A stretch of 63,626 bases of DNA, filler included, from an uncultured Methanosarcinales archaeon (GCA_964398115.1; 4 parts of 4 records of this genome joined end to end with filler, not necessarily neighbours in it), one strand, 5' to 3'; positions 1 to 10,765 are shown, numbered from the whole stretch's first letter. The notes: generated from the sequence alone by a model not told the origin. A program made the numbers and translations.

Positions 1-1
1 T

Positions 2-2215
2 GGTTCTTTTACGGATAGTCAGTTTAGGAGTCAGGTGGTGACGTGGACTTGGTATGTGGAGGTGGAGTCTGATCCGGGTTCTTCTGAGGATGGTGTTCAG
101 AAGGTTTGGCTTCGGAATGAGGATGATTGGGCGGATCACAAGTTGTTTCTGAATGTTAGTGATTATCAGTTTGGTCATGGTGGTTTTGATCGTTGGTTGT
201 TTCCGTTGACGTATTTTGAGCCTGAGCGTAATTATACTGAGTATTTGTGGGATATGGTTGTTTGGACTCCCACGAATGGAACATCGTCTGGGGATGGGAT
301 GAATGTGACTCAGAATGACACGGTGGAGGGTAATCGGACAACTCTCGGTGTGGATGTGAATGGTGATGGTAGTGTGAACATTTTTGATTTGGTTGAGGTG
401 GCTAGGAATATTGGTAGTGGTGATTCGATTTATGATTTGAATGGTGATGGTAGCGTCAACGTTTTTGATTTGATAACTATTGTGCAACGGATCGTGGGAG
501 AGAAAACATCCAATGGAGGTGGTGGGGATGTGCCGGTTCCTGAGAGACCTGGATATCCTAGTTTTGAAGAAGTAGGTGAGGGCGTGAACGTATCTTGGGA
601 TGGTGTTGAGAACGCGTCGAGTTATAGCTATTCTTCTGCTGTTGGGGATGGCAATACTAGTGAAACTTATGTGGTTTTGGATTTGTCTGATGATGATTGG
701 TTCTGCGTAAGAAGCGTAAATAAGGAGGGTGTGGAGAGTGAGGATCAGGCTTGTAATTCATACACTGCAGAAGAAGAGGATACTACTAATGATACGCAAG
801 CGGGAGAAGACATTGTCAATGAGAACATTACTTGGAGCTCTACTTTTGAAGATGTGGGTCAGATCTGGCCAGATGGTATAGAACCAGGAGATCCGAGCGA
901 ATGTGAAGCCACTTCTCCAAACAGGTGTTGGTGGGTGGATGCACAAGCACCTGATGGAGGAGACGGAAGCTACGAAAATCCTTACAACAGCTTTGAAAAA
1001 GTCGTAGGATGGTGGGAGCCCAGCGGCCAGGGTTGGGATAATTATCGCCGAGGAAAATTGGAAGGTGGAGATCACCTTTATGTGAAAGGAACTTTCAGAG
1101 TGTCGGATGAGGATGAATGGAACGAAACGAGGCGAATACAATTTAACGATGCTGAACAATTTGGGACATCTGATAATCCAACCGTTGTGAAGAGTTGGAA
1201 GGGAGAACCTAGGGCCGTGTTTGATGGAGAGTTTGAACACACTGACTTGATAAGGTTCCGATCAGCCGCGGACCTAAACACAGGGATAAAACTTCAGAAT
1301 ATAGAGTTGAAGAACGCTATGTCTCGAGGCATAGAGGTGGGAGAGTATATTGGCTGGGCTCTGGTGAGAAACATCTACGTCCATGACAATATAGGTGATG
1401 GAAATATGGGAACAGGAGGAGGTATTCTCTTTAGGATGGCGACAGGACTTCACAATTACACATTGGAGCATAGCCTCTTCCATGACAACACTCTGAACAA
1501 TACAGGAGGCTCTACGAACAACTTGGGAGGGATAAACGTGCTTTCTGAGTCAACTGCGGATCCTAGTTCAGTTATAACTGTAAGGGATAACGAGGCCTTT
1601 GATGAGTATCATGCAGTCAGACATAAGCATTCTGGAGATGTGAAGATGGAAGCGTACAGGAATGTTTTGCACGACAGTGAATCTGCGTTCTATATCAGGA
1701 CTGCCCAGAATGATATTCACCATAATCTTATTTATGATAATGATCAAGCCTTCAGAGTTTGGGATGCGAACCGACAAGCAGATTCAGAGTATTTCATACA
1801 TGATAACACGATATATAATACGCCTAAGATATCAGGGGTTTTGAGCGATGATCCGGATTATACCCGGGCCATACATTTCTACGATAATCTTTACTCTGTG
1901 AATTCATCAGTAGAAGGAGTTTATACATTGTCTAGATGGTCATCTGAGTACGGCGTTAATATTTCTCTCTGGAGTTGGAGTAACAATCTCTATGACTTCC
2001 CCTCTGCAAATCCTTTCGTTTATCATAATGAGATTGGTTCTGGAGATACGTTAGAACTTAGTTTTGATGAAGCTATGAATCACTTTGGAGAAAATAACTA
2101 CGTAAGGGCGGATCCGATGTTGGCAAATCCAGAAAACGGCAATTTCAGCTTACTTCCCAGCTCACCGGCGATCGGGGCAGCAAGTGACGGTGGAAACATC
2201 GGAGCTATAGAATAA
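2..2215 (+). CDS. Large secreted/surface protein (5'-partial): dockerin-like duplicated Ca-binding repeat, FN3-like segment, right-handed beta-helix C-terminal domain
   Basis: Frame is open from the window start. Two DxNGDGSVNxFDL repeats; VSWDGVENASSY..VRSVN FN3-like segment; Asn-rich beta-helix repeats; terminal DP..F.L...SPAIGAA..G.NIGA motif. Confidence 0.75.
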   Translation, partial: GSFTDSQFRSQVVTWTWYVEVESDPGSSEDGVQKVWLRNEDDWADHKLFLNVSDYQFGHGGFDRWLFPLTYFEPERNYTEYLWDMVVWTPTNGTSSGDGMNVTQNDTVEGNRTTLGVDVNGDGSVNIFDLVEVARNIGSGDSIYDLNGDGSVNVFDLITIVQRIVGEKTSNGGGGDVPVPERPGYPSFEEVGEGVNVSWDGVENASSYSYSSAVGDGNTSETYVVLDLSDDDWFCVRSVNKEGVESEDQACNSYTAEEEDTTNDTQAGEDIVNENITWSSTFEDVGQIWPDGIEPGDPSECEATSPNRCWWVDAQAPDGGDGSYENPYNSFEKVVGWWEPSGQGWDNYRRGKLEGGDHLYVKGTFRVSDEDEWNETRRIQFNDAEQFGTSDNPTVVKSWKGEPRAVFDGEFEHTDLIRFRSAADLNTGIKLQNIELKNAMSRGIEVGEYIGWALVRNIYVHDNIGDGNMGTGGGILFRMATGLHNYTLEHSLFHDNTLNNTGGSTNNLGGINVLSESTADPSSVITVRDNEAFDEYHAVRHKHSGDVKMEAYRNVLHDSESAFYIRTAQNDIHHNLIYDNDQAFRVWDANRQADSEYFIHDNTIYNTPKISGVLSDDPDYTRAIHFYDNLYSVNSSVEGVYTLSRWSSEYGVNISLWSWSNNLYDFPSANPFVYHNEIGSGDTLELSFDEAMNHFGENNYVRADPMLANPENGNFSLLPSSPAIGAASDGGNIGAIE

Positions 2216-2223
2216 AGAATATT

Positions 2224-3054
2224 TTAGATGTTTCTGTAAATTTCTTGCATCATCTGTGCGTCGCCTTCCAAATTTGGGCTTTCACTGATGACGACGCCTT
2301 TACAACTGAAGTCTTTCAAAGCCTGTAAAAGTTCCTCATATTCTAGGTCGCTTTCTTTCAAATTAACGTGGTTTTGCTCTCCTTTCTCACCATACTCTAT
2401 TCCACTGATGTGGCAGTGCATGTTGTCCAAAACGTCTCTGCCAAGGCCTTTTTCTAACTCTTCCAAGATTTCTGAGAATTTATCGTAGTTATTCCAACCA
2501 CCATTGTTCCTTGCGTGTTTGTGGCTGAAGTCAATACAGGGCAGGACTTGATCAATTTCCTGACTCAAACGAATTATTTCGGGCAAGTCTCCCATTTGTT
2601 TTGGACTGCCGGTGAGCTCCGGTCGTATCCAAACGTTGATGTCTTCATCTTGTAATTTATTCACTACTTTTTGTAATTCTAACTTGATTGTCTCGTAAAC
2701 TTCCTCTGGCTTTCTACTCAGATAGTAGCCAGGGTGGAAGGTAATGCTGTAGGCGCCACACCAGTCTGCGACTTTCGCCGTTTTGTAAACCCTTTCTCGA
2801 CTTGCTGCTCTCTTCTCGTCCTCTTCCGCGTTCAAATTAATGTAGTAAGGGCCGTGTGCAGTAAGAACGGTACCTACTTCTTCCCTGGCTTCGTTGATGT
2901 CTTTCGCCGTGTTTTCTCCCATGCGCACGCCGTGGACGAACTCGAGTTCCATAGCGCCGAGGCCGAGTTCTTTACAGTATTTGACCCCGTTCAAGCTACT
3001 CCTCTTATCTAAACTTTTAGGAATACCAGCAGGTCCGAAAACTAGTTCTTCCAT
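2224..3054 (-). CDS. nfo: Endonuclease IV (AP endonuclease family 2)
   Basis: TAHGPYYINL, FHPG, RPELTG, CIDFSH.HAR, HCHISGI and ISESP motifs of archaeal EndoIV. Confidence 0.9.
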   Translation of the reverse strand: MEELVFGPAGIPKSLDKRSSLNGVKYCKELGLGAMELEFVHGVRMGENTAKDINEAREEVGTVLTAHGPYYINLNAEEDEKRAASRERVYKTAKVADWCGAYSITFHPGYYLSRKPEEVYETIKLELQKVVNKLQDEDINVWIRPELTGSPKQMGDLPEIIRLSQEIDQVLPCIDFSHKHARNNGGWNNYDKFSEILEELEKGLGRDVLDNMHCHISGIEYGEKGEQNHVNLKESDLEYEELLQALKDFSCKGVVISESPNLEGDAQMMQEIYRNI

Positions 3055-3579
3055 TTATTGTTCCTCCAACGCTTCAATAATTGCAGTGCAGTAATGTGGT
3101 AGGTCGGGTGGGAACCTTGCCGTGATTAAATTATCATCTACGACACACTCGCTATCAATGTAAGTAGCACCTGCGTTTTCGACATCATCTTTTATGCTGT
3201 GATAGCAAGTCATTTCTCTCCCTTCAACAACGCCTGCACTTATTGGCAGCCAAGCGGCGTGGCAAATAGCTCCAATTACGTTTCCTTCGTTATCCATTTC
3301 TCGAATGAATTCTTTCGCTACATCTTTCGTTCTTAACACGTCGGGGCATTTCCTTCCGCCAGGGATTAATACAGCGTCGAACTTGCTAGCGTTTAACTCA
3401 TTAATTTTTTTATCTACTATGCAGGGATATCCATGTTCACTTTCACGGTCTTCTCCATCAACGCTTGCTACTGTGACGTCAGCACCGGCTTCTTCCAATC
3501 TGAGTCTTGGATAGTGTAGTTCTAAATCTTCGTGACCGTCTTCAGCTAAGACTACAACTTTTTTACCTTGTAAGCCCAT
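3055..3579 (-). CDS. pfpI: PfpI/DJ-1 family protease/deglycase
   Basis: EDLE, IPGG, AICHAA (nucleophilic Cys) and VVDDNLITAR.P.DL motifs. Confidence 0.9.
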   Translation of the reverse strand: MGLQGKKVVVLAEDGHEDLELHYPRLRLEEAGADVTVASVDGEDRESEHGYPCIVDKKINELNASKFDAVLIPGGRKCPDVLRTKDVAKEFIREMDNEGNVIGAICHAAWLPISAGVVEGREMTCYHSIKDDVENAGATYIDSECVVDDNLITARFPPDLPHYCTAIIEALEEQ

Positions 3580-3654
3580 AAATTACCACCTCAAACTAGG
3601 CGAAATATTGTAGTGTTTAAAAAATTAGTGAGAAAAAATAAAAAATGTGTTTTT

Positions 3655-4266
3655 TTAGGATGTGGCTTGTCGATAGTTTTCTTGAACTTGATCCCAATTG
3701 ACCACGTTCCACCATTCTTGGATGTACTCGCCTCTCCTGTTGCTGTACTTCTTGTAGTACGAGTGTTCCCAGACGTCAAGTCCGAGTATTGGTGTTCTTC
3801 CATCACTTAGTGGAGTGTCTTGGTTTGGGGTTGTTTCTACTTGTAAGTTTCCTTTCCTATCTACGGTTAACCACGCCCATCCACTTCCGAACACGCTTCC
3901 TGCAGCGTTTGAAAACTTTTCTTTGAACTTTTTGAAACTGTCAAATTCTTCATTTAATGCTTCTTTTAACTCTCCGGTTGGCTCTCCGCTTTTTGATGCT
4001 GGACACATCACTTTCCAGAAGAGTTTGTGATTAACGAATCCTCCTCCATTTTGCCTGACTTTTGTCCTTATGTTCTTTGGAACTGATTTCAAATCTGCTA
4101 AAATTTTTTCCGCTGGTTTGTTTTCCAGTTTAGTTCCTTTTATTGCGTTGTTAAAATTGTCGGTGTATCCTTGATGATGTTTGTCATGATGTAATCTCAT
4201 TGTTTTGGCATCGATATGTGGTTCTAATGCGTCATAGTCGTATGGTAAATCTGGTAGTTTTTCCAT
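3655..4266 (-). CDS. sod: Superoxide dismutase Fe/Mn family (Mn-type signature)
   Basis: [27 protein letters not shown] and DVWEHSYY. Start moved to ATG 4266, which has a GGTGA SD-like sequence upstream. Confidence 0.95.
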   Translation of the reverse strand: MEKLPDLPYDYDALEPHIDAKTMRLHHDKHHQGYTDNFNNAIKGTKLENKPAEKILADLKSVPKNIRTKVRQNGGGFVNHKLFWKVMCPASKSGEPTGELKEALNEEFDSFKKFKEKFSNAAGSVFGSGWAWLTVDRKGNLQVETTPNQDTPLSDGRTPILGLDVWEHSYYKKYSNRRGEYIQEWWNVVNWDQVQENYRQATS

Positions 4267-4391
4267 TTTCCCAATCACCCATTTCTTCGAGAAGGTCTCT
4301 TTGTTTTTAAAGATTACATTTAATATTTGTCTATATTGAAAAGAAATGTTTTTTACCAACATTTATAAGCTTAACAAGATACAAACAGGTT

Positions 4392-4637
4392 ATGTTAGTC
4401 AAGATAGGACTTGTGATATTGGCTCTAATAGTAGTTTATCTCTTATTCAAACTTATCAAGAGTTTTTTTGTGATAGCCATAAATTCTGTGATTGGATTGT
4501 TTGCCTTGATGGGTTTCAACACGGTGTTTGGTACTAACGTAGCCGTCAATTTTTGGAGTGTTATAATCACGGCTATAGCTGGTATTTTTGGCTTTATATT
4601 TGTGATAGCTGCTCACTTCCTAGGTTGGGCGTTTTGA
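4392..4637 (+). CDS. BofA-like small membrane protein
   Basis: 81 aa, 3 hydrophobic segments, INSVIG...N...INxxSVIITAIAGIxG pattern. Confidence 0.6.
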   Translation: MLVKIGLVILALIVVYLLFKLIKSFFVIAINSVIGLFALMGFNTVFGTNVAVNFWSVIITAIAGIFGFIFVIAAHFLGWAF

Positions 4638-5302
4638 TCTGGGAGTGGTTGAGGCTCTGCGGGTAGTTCGAATGTAGAACTTGGCACGTTTCTCGTGATC
4701 GTTTGGGCGGTGAGTTCAACCTCGTAATTTGGTTCTACACTGTGGAAGTATACTAGGATTCCATCTTCCGTTCTACAATCTGTGCTTGTACTGTTTGGAC
4801 TTTCCACTTTGTAACAGGTTGCTTGCACTCCTGCTTCTGTTCTAGTTCTTGTTTTTGTCACAGTGGCTTGTTCTGGAAGGCTAGCGTTTATGGGGTGAGG
4901 TGGTTTTTCTTGTGGGATTCTGTAACAAGTTGTCTTGTCGGTTTTTCGGCACACTACAACCTTGTCATTTAGGATGTAGAAGCTTTCGTTCTTGAACTTT
5001 CTTAGGCTTTGATTGCCTTTTACTGCTATGACTTGTGTTCCTGTTATCCTTTCTCCTCTTACTGTGTTAACCACGTTGTATGTGGCTTTGTATGTTGGTT
5101 TGTTTTGTAATAAACTTTCGAGTTCGGATCTAGCACTAACACTTGGTTCATCTTCTTTTGATTGTTCTGGAACTTCTTCAGTTTGGTTGGGTTGTTCATT
5201 TGTTTGTTCGGGTGGTTGTTGGAATTCTTGTCCTTGTTCGCAAGCCGCTAATAGGAAGGTTAGAACGATGAGTGTTAGGAAAAAGGTTTTGTATTTCATC
5301 AA
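4613..5302 (-). CDS. Putative lipoprotein
   Basis: N-terminal hydrophobic stretch with LAAC lipobox, Q/E/P-rich linker, TFELP C-terminus. Confidence 0.7.
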   Translation of the reverse strand: MMKYKTFFLTLIVLTFLLAACEQGQEFQQPPEQTNEQPNQTEEVPEQSKEDEPSVSARSELESLLQNKPTYKATYNVVNTVRGERITGTQVIAVKGNQSLRKFKNESFYILNDKVVVCRKTDKTTCYRIPQEKPPHPINASLPEQATVTKTRTRTEAGVQATCYKVESPNSTSTDCRTEDGILVYFHSVEPNYEVELTAQTITRNVPSSTFELPAEPQPLPDQNAQPRK

Positions 5303-5332
5303 TTTGAAAAAAGGATTACATCTTTTATAAGG

Positions 5333-8023
5333 TTATTGCCGTGCTCTTTGTTTGCCTTTGTCTAAGCTTATCTTCGCTTGGACTTTGTTGTGCATTCTTT
5401 GTAGGAATTCTTTCTTGTCTTCCATTTTCATTATGTCGCTGTATCCCATCGCGATTAGGTTGAATGCGAATGGGCTGGGTATTTCGTTAAATTCTTCTAC
5501 AATTTCTATACTTCCATCTTCTACTCCTTCTAGGACTTCTATGGCGTGTTGTATATCCATTAAGTCTTCTAATACTTCTCTACGAGCTTCTTCTAAAATT
5601 GGGAATTCATCATCTATTTTCTTCACCGCGCTCAATAGTAATTTGCTGCTGACTTGTTGCTTGCCCACACTTTTTTTATGTCCTTTATATCTGCGTAGTA
5701 TCATTAGTGCTCTCGCGGCGCAGTGTCTGAATCTTCTTTTCAATACTTCGGTTTTTTCCAAAGCTCTTTTCATGACTTCTCGAAGTTCGTTGCTTTTCAA
5801 TAGTTTGAAAGCTCTTCTTGCTGGTAAGGGTTTGTTGCTGGATATGTAGAAGCCGTTGTCGTCAATTCCTATCTCTACATCTCTACCGGTAATTTTGGAT
5901 ATTGCGTATGCGACGGCTCGGCTTAAAACATCGTTTGTTCTACGTCCGTAGAGTGTGTGGAACACTACATATCTTTTATGATCTTCAGTGTAATGTTCTA
6001 AAACAATTTTTCTGTCGTGAGGTATCTCCATAAATTCGTATTGTTCTTTGAAGAATTCGTAAATGCTGTTGGCGCTGTTGTCATCAACGTATAGATAGTC
6101 GTGTATGAATTCCATAACCTCTTCTTTATCTTTGTCTTGGTCGAATAAGTCTTCCATGTATCTTCTGAATTTTTGCATTTCAATGGCGAGATCATAGCTT
6201 AACGGTAGCATTTCACTATACCAGCTTGGCACGGTTGGAGTGTCAGCACTAGTCGCTCTTACTTGCGCGGTCATGCCGTTGCTGTATCTGAATTGATATG
6301 TTTCTCCTCCTAGTACGAAAATATCTCCCTTACGAAGTTTTTCTAAGAAGGGTTCTGCAATGAATCCAATGAGTTCGTCTCCCATCTTAACACGGACATT
6401 TGTTTCGTCAGGTATTGTTCCAATATTGGTCATGTAAATAACTCGGGCCATTTTCCCTCGTTTGCCCATCATACCATCTTCTTCGTCAACCCAAATCTTT
6501 GCGTAAACGTTTCGATCTTCTAACTTGCTGTGTTCTCCTTTCAAATAGTCAAGGATGTCATTGAAGTCGCTTCGGTCAAGGTTGACGTAGTTGTAGCTTT
6601 TCTTTACCGTTTGCCAACACTCTTCAACAGGAAGTGGTTCTTCAAGTGCTAGGCCGAATACTTGTTGTGCTAACACGTCCAAGCAGTTGGTGGGGATGTC
6701 TACTTTGTCAATGTTGTCTTCTAATGCTTGTTTTAGTAAAACGCTGCATTCTATCAGGTCGTCTCTGTCTAAAACTATTATTCTTCCTTTAGCGGTGTCG
6801 TGTAATTTGTGACCGCTACGTCCAATCCTTTGAAGTGCTCGAGCTGTGCTTTTTGGACTTCCTAATAATATGACTAGGTCGATGTAGCCGATGTCAATGC
6901 CTAGTTCGAGGCTGGTGCTTGACACGACTGCTTGTAAGTCGCCGTTTTTGAGCTTTGTTTCGATATCATGCCTTAGTTCTTTGCTTAGGCTGCCGTGGTG
7001 TGCTCCGATGAAACTTCCTTTTTCGGCGAGTTCTTGTTTTTCTTCGTCGCTTAATTCTTCGTATTGTTCTTCTGGGTCGTCGATCCTTAAATAATTGTTT
7101 GGGAACTTTTGCTTTAAATGGTGAACGACTCTTTCGGTAGCGCTACGTGTATTGGTAAAGATAAGTGTGGATCGGTGTTCTTGAATGAGTTCATCCATTT
7201 GTTTGTACATTTCTGCATGTGTCTTTTCGTGCGGTGTGTTAATCAAATCACTAACTGGAGTTTGCACTTCTAAGTCTAGTTGTTTGATGAACTGTACGTC
7301 TACAATCTTGCAACGTCTCGGTATTTTTTCTTCATAGTTTTCGTAACCGACGAGGTACTTTGCAACTTCATCTAATGGCGCTACCGTCGCACTTAATCCT
7401 ATTCTGGTGAAGTTGGTTCGGCGTTGTAACCTTTCGAGGGTGAGGCTTAAGTGTACTCCTCTTTTACCACTTGCGATACTGTGTACTTCGTCGACAATCG
7501 TCCATTGAACGTCTTCAAAGTTTTTCACAAATTTTTTCGTGGTAAGCATGATTGCCAAGCTTTCCGGGGTGGTGATGATAATGTGTGGCGGGTTTTCTCT
7601 CATTTCTCTCTTTTCTTTCTGTGTTGTATCTCCTGTTCTAAGTCCGATTCGTATTCCGAGTTCTTCTTCCGCTAGTTCTTTCATTCCTTGTAGTGGTTCT
7701 TTTAAATTCACGTTGATATCTCGACTTAAAGCTTTGAGTGGACTGACGTATACGCAGTAGATTTTGTCTTCTAACTTGTCTTTCTGACTTAGATCTACGA
7801 GTTCGTTTAAGATGGCGCCGAACGCTGCGAGTGTTTTTCCACTTCCAGTGGGGCTGCTAACGAGGGTGTTTTCTCTCTGGTGTATGTTCATCAAAGCATA
7901 CTTTTGGGGTGGACTAAAGCCGTCGAACTGGTTGAACCACCATTCTTCTAGTAAGGGATGCATTATGTTCCTTATCGTTTCATCCTCGTACGGCTCTTCC
8001 TGAAATTTTATTCGGTCAGACAT
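5333..8023 (-). CDS. lhr: ATP-dependent Lhr-family helicase
   Basis: SPTGSGKT, YVSPLKAL, TTPESL, VDEVH, GLSAT, HHGSLS, SLELGIDIG, QRIGRSGH. Confidence 0.95.
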   Translation of the reverse strand: MSDRIKFQEEPYEDETIRNIMHPLLEEWWFNQFDGFSPPQKYALMNIHQRENTLVSSPTGSGKTLAAFGAILNELVDLSQKDKLEDKIYCVYVSPLKALSRDINVNLKEPLQGMKELAEEELGIRIGLRTGDTTQKEKREMRENPPHIIITTPESLAIMLTTKKFVKNFEDVQWTIVDEVHSIASGKRGVHLSLTLERLQRRTNFTRIGLSATVAPLDEVAKYLVGYENYEEKIPRRCKIVDVQFIKQLDLEVQTPVSDLINTPHEKTHAEMYKQMDELIQEHRSTLIFTNTRSATERVVHHLKQKFPNNYLRIDDPEEQYEELSDEEKQELAEKGSFIGAHHGSLSKELRHDIETKLKNGDLQAVVSSTSLELGIDIGYIDLVILLGSPKSTARALQRIGRSGHKLHDTAKGRIIVLDRDDLIECSVLLKQALEDNIDKVDIPTNCLDVLAQQVFGLALEEPLPVEECWQTVKKSYNYVNLDRSDFNDILDYLKGEHSKLEDRNVYAKIWVDEEDGMMGKRGKMARVIYMTNIGTIPDETNVRVKMGDELIGFIAEPFLEKLRKGDIFVLGGETYQFRYSNGMTAQVRATSADTPTVPSWYSEMLPLSYDLAIEMQKFRRYMEDLFDQDKDKEEVMEFIHDYLYVDDNSANSIYEFFKEQYEFMEIPHDRKIVLEHYTEDHKRYVVFHTLYGRRTNDVLSRAVAYAISKITGRDVEIGIDDNGFYISSNKPLPARRAFKLLKSNELREVMKRALEKTEVLKRRFRHCAARALMILRRYKGHKKSVGKQQVSSKLLLSAVKKIDDEFPILEEARREVLEDLMDIQHAIEVLEGVEDGSIEIVEEFNEIPSPFAFNLIAMGYSDIMKMEDKKEFLQRMHNKVQAKISLDKGKQRARQ

Positions 8024-8081
8024 AACAAACTTTTGAAGAAGTCAAACGTTTAAATAGGTTGGGTAGGCATGTGTCCAGTGC

Positions 8082-8303
8082 CTATCTGGGTATGTAGAAA
8101 TCACCGTTGTATCCAAGTGCTTTCACTTCTTTACCTTCAAAAATTATAGTTTCTGGATATGTATGAGTTACGTTCTCTTGTAAAAATTTTAGTAAAGATC
8201 GGGGTATTGCGTACCTGTTAGTTCCTTCTAAACCTTCAGGTTGAACTCTTTCCTGCCTTACTCTCTTAGCTAGTTCACTCTCTTCTTCAGGATCGAAATC
8301 CAT
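8082..8303 (-). CDS. Small hypothetical protein
   Basis: ORF in the helicase/NUDIX strand; ATG 8303 is the likely start. Confidence 0.5.
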   Translation of the reverse strand: MDFDPEEESELAKRVRQERVQPEGLEGTNRYAIPRSLLKFLQENVTHTYPETIIFEGKEVKALGYNGDFYIPR

Positions 8304-8340
8304 AACATAGCAAAGATAGTTGTTAGAAATTTTTAAACTT

Positions 8341-8763
8341 TTACAATTCAATGTAATCTCGTAAAGTATTAACGATTTCTGTACTGGTTTCGTAATCTAT
8401 TTTGTCAACGTCATCCATGTCTATCCATTCCAACTCGGCGGGTTGCTCCCAATCCGTCGTTGTCTCTTCAGGAATTTCTCCCTCCCACTCCGTGATCATG
8501 TAAACGTAAAACCACACGTTTATCTCATCAACTTTTAATTCGGTTAAGTAATTGAAGTCATGAATTTCTACGCCGAGTTCTTCTCTTACTTCACGTTTTA
8601 AAGCAGTGATGCGATAGTCTTCATCACCTTCTTTATCCTCCTCTTCAACACCGCCGTTGGGTAGGAAAGTATCGCCGTCTGGTCGGTGCTCTATCAAAAT
8701 CTCACCATCTTTATAGAAGAGGAATACTACTGCTTCTCCGTAACCTTCTCTTTCCGTGTTCAT
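8341..8763 (-). CDS. NUDIX hydrolase
   Basis: Nudix box GGVEEED..(insert)..ALKREVREELG. Confidence 0.85.
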   Translation of the reverse strand: MNTEREGYGEAVVFLFYKDGEILIEHRPDGDTFLPNGGVEEEDKEGDEDYRITALKREVREELGVEIHDFNYLTELKVDEINVWFYVYMITEWEGEIPEETTTDWEQPAELEWIDMDDVDKIDYETSTEIVNTLRDYIEL

Positions 8764-8854
8764 CTATAGTTTCCTATCATGGTTGATTTAAATACGTTAT
8801 GGCTTCCATTAGTTACTATCGTAAAGTTTAAAAAATATTTTTGATTAAGAGTTA

Positions 8855-9268
8855 ATGATGGCAATAGATGAAGTAGTTGAGAAAAGCAGCATAGAATTTG
8901 AAGAATCTTTGCCTCTAGAACAATTTCGTGATTTTATGAGATACATGGCTAGAAATTCCGACATTGAATTATCTTGGAAGCAAAACTTTGGTGAACGCTA
9001 TTCTGGAGAAGACTCTACGCGGCTAAACGCTGGTATATCAGGGAATGCTAGATTGAGAGATGGAGAATATCTAAACTTCCGAGCTGATCTAGAAGTTACC
9101 CATTCTGCGGGTTCTCCTCCATTAACGAGTGAATTTGGAGTTAACAGGTTTTTCTTTGAAATACCGAGAACTTATAGAGCTGAAGGATTTCCTGAAGAAC
9201 ATCGGGAACTGATAGAAAGATTTTATGATAGATATCAAGATTTTCTTGAATTATTCGATAGGAGATAA
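8855..9268 (+). CDS. Hypothetical protein
   Basis: 137-aa ORF filling the gap between flanking genes, with a TATA-like TTTAAAAA upstream. Confidence 0.6.
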   Translation: MMAIDEVVEKSSIEFEESLPLEQFRDFMRYMARNSDIELSWKQNFGERYSGEDSTRLNAGISGNARLRDGEYLNFRADLEVTHSAGSPPLTSEFGVNRFFFEIPRTYRAEGFPEEHRELIERFYDRYQDFLELFDRR

Positions 9269-9269
9269 T

Positions 9270-10325
9270 CTAGAATAAGTTTTCCATAACTTTTTCGGGT
9301 TTGAATTTTTCTAAGTCTTCATAGTCTTGTCCTATTCCTATGTACATTATTGGCTTTCCGGTCACATAGCTTATGGATATGGCGGCGCCTCCTTTTTCAT
9401 CCACGTCGGCTTTTGAAAGTATGATGTCGTCGATACCTATGGATTCGTCAAACTTCTTTGCTTGTTCGACGCAATCATTACCTACAGTACTTTCACCAAC
9501 GAAGAATTTAAGGTCAGGCTCGTTAACTTCCACTAATTTCTTTAATTCTCTCATCAAATTCTTATTACTGTGTAATCTGCCGGCAGTGTCGATAAGTACT
9601 ACGTCTATGTCGTTGCTCTCTGCGTGTTCAACCGCGTCGTACGCTACCGCGGCGGGGTCGCTTTCGTACTCGTGCTGTATCATCTTCACTCCTAGGTTGT
9701 CAGCGTGTTTTCCCAGTTGTTCCATGCTGGCGGCTCTGAAAGTATCTGCGGCGGCGAACACCACACTCAAATCGTTGTCCATCAACATCTTGGCTACTTT
9801 GGCTAATGTGGTTGTCTTGCCGCTTCCGTTGACACCGACAAAAGCTATCACATACGGCTTATCATTTTCTTTTATCCTTTGTAGTAAGTCTTTACTATCA
9901 GTTTTTAGCAAGTCTTGTATAGAATTCTTTAATGATTCAGTAACTTTTTCTTCTAAGCTTCTTCTTCCAATTCTTGTGCCGACGAGTTCGTCCTCCATGT
10001 CAGCTTTTATCTTTTCTACAACTTCTAATGCGACGTTGTTTTCCATCAAAGCGACTTCTAGTTCCCAGAACAAGTCTTCAAACTTTTCATCACTTAACTC
10101 GACAGTGGTTATCTTTTCTTTTACCGTGTCGATTATGCCTTTACTATCCTCGTCTTTTTCAACTTCTTTTGTTTCCTCTTTTTCTGTAACTTCTGGTTCT
10201 TCTTCACTTTCTTCGGAATCTTCTTGTATTTCTTTCTCTACTTCTTCTACTTGTCCTTCTTGTTCAGCGTCTTTTGAGAATTTGTCTACTGCGCCTTTGA
10301 GCTTGTCTTTCAGCTTGTTAAACAT
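9270..10325 (-). CDS. ftsY: SRP receptor FtsY
   Basis: Acidic N-region, GVNGSGKTTT, DTFRAA, DTAGR, KADVDEKGG, GQDYEDL. Confidence 0.97.
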   Translation of the reverse strand: MFNKLKDKLKGAVDKFSKDAEQEGQVEEVEKEIQEDSEESEEEPEVTEKEETKEVEKDEDSKGIIDTVKEKITTVELSDEKFEDLFWELEVALMENNVALEVVEKIKADMEDELVGTRIGRRSLEEKVTESLKNSIQDLLKTDSKDLLQRIKENDKPYVIAFVGVNGSGKTTTLAKVAKMLMDNDLSVVFAAADTFRAASMEQLGKHADNLGVKMIQHEYESDPAAVAYDAVEHAESNDIDVVLIDTAGRLHSNKNLMRELKKLVEVNEPDLKFFVGESTVGNDCVEQAKKFDESIGIDDIILSKADVDEKGGAAISISYVTGKPIMYIGIGQDYEDLEKFKPEKVMENLF

Positions 10326-10357
10326 AGAAAGAAAAGAAAAAATGTTGGTTTAAAACT

Positions 10358-10765
10358 TTATCGGATTTCTTGGCTGAGTTTTTGAGCTCTTTGTACCATG
10401 CTTTGGTATTCGGTTTCGGTTTGTTGTTTGGCTCTTTTGAGCTCGACGACTTGTTCTTCAACCAAGTCTTGTGTTTCGTCGATTGTTTTGTCGACTACGG
10501 TTTCGCTTCCAACGTTGACTTTGAGTTTATCTACGTTTGTAATTTTGCCTTCAGCGAATATACCGCTTGCGATTGGAAAGAGTACTTCGTCTCCTTCTTC
10601 CAAGTTTTTGACATCTTCCATGTCTTGTTTTAATTCTTGTGCTTCTTGGAGTTTTTCGTCAATTTCTTCGATGTGTTCTTGCATTTGTTGGATCTGTTGT
10701 TGCAATTGCTGGATTTCCATGTAAGCCTTTTTTTGCTTTTCGCTCATGTTTTCTTGTGGATTCAT
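10358..10765 (-). CDS. pfdA: Prefoldin subunit alpha
   Basis: Coiled coils flanking LFPIASGIF...VNVGS beta hairpins; sits directly upstream of ftsY as is typical in archaea. Confidence 0.9.
   Translation of the reverse strand: MNPQENMSEKQKKAYMEIQQLQQQIQQMQEHIEEIDEKLQEAQELKQDMEDVKNLEEGDEVLFPIASGIFAEGKITNVDKLKVNVGSETVVDKTIDETQDLVEEQVVELKRAKQQTETEYQSMVQRAQKLSQEIR

Noticed and set aside
9373..10353. 326-aa plus-strand ORF and similar long antisense ORFs (e.g. 5' part of 45343-46158, 47704-48315)
   Set aside because: These are Ser/Phe-rich shadows of well-supported genes on the opposite strand.
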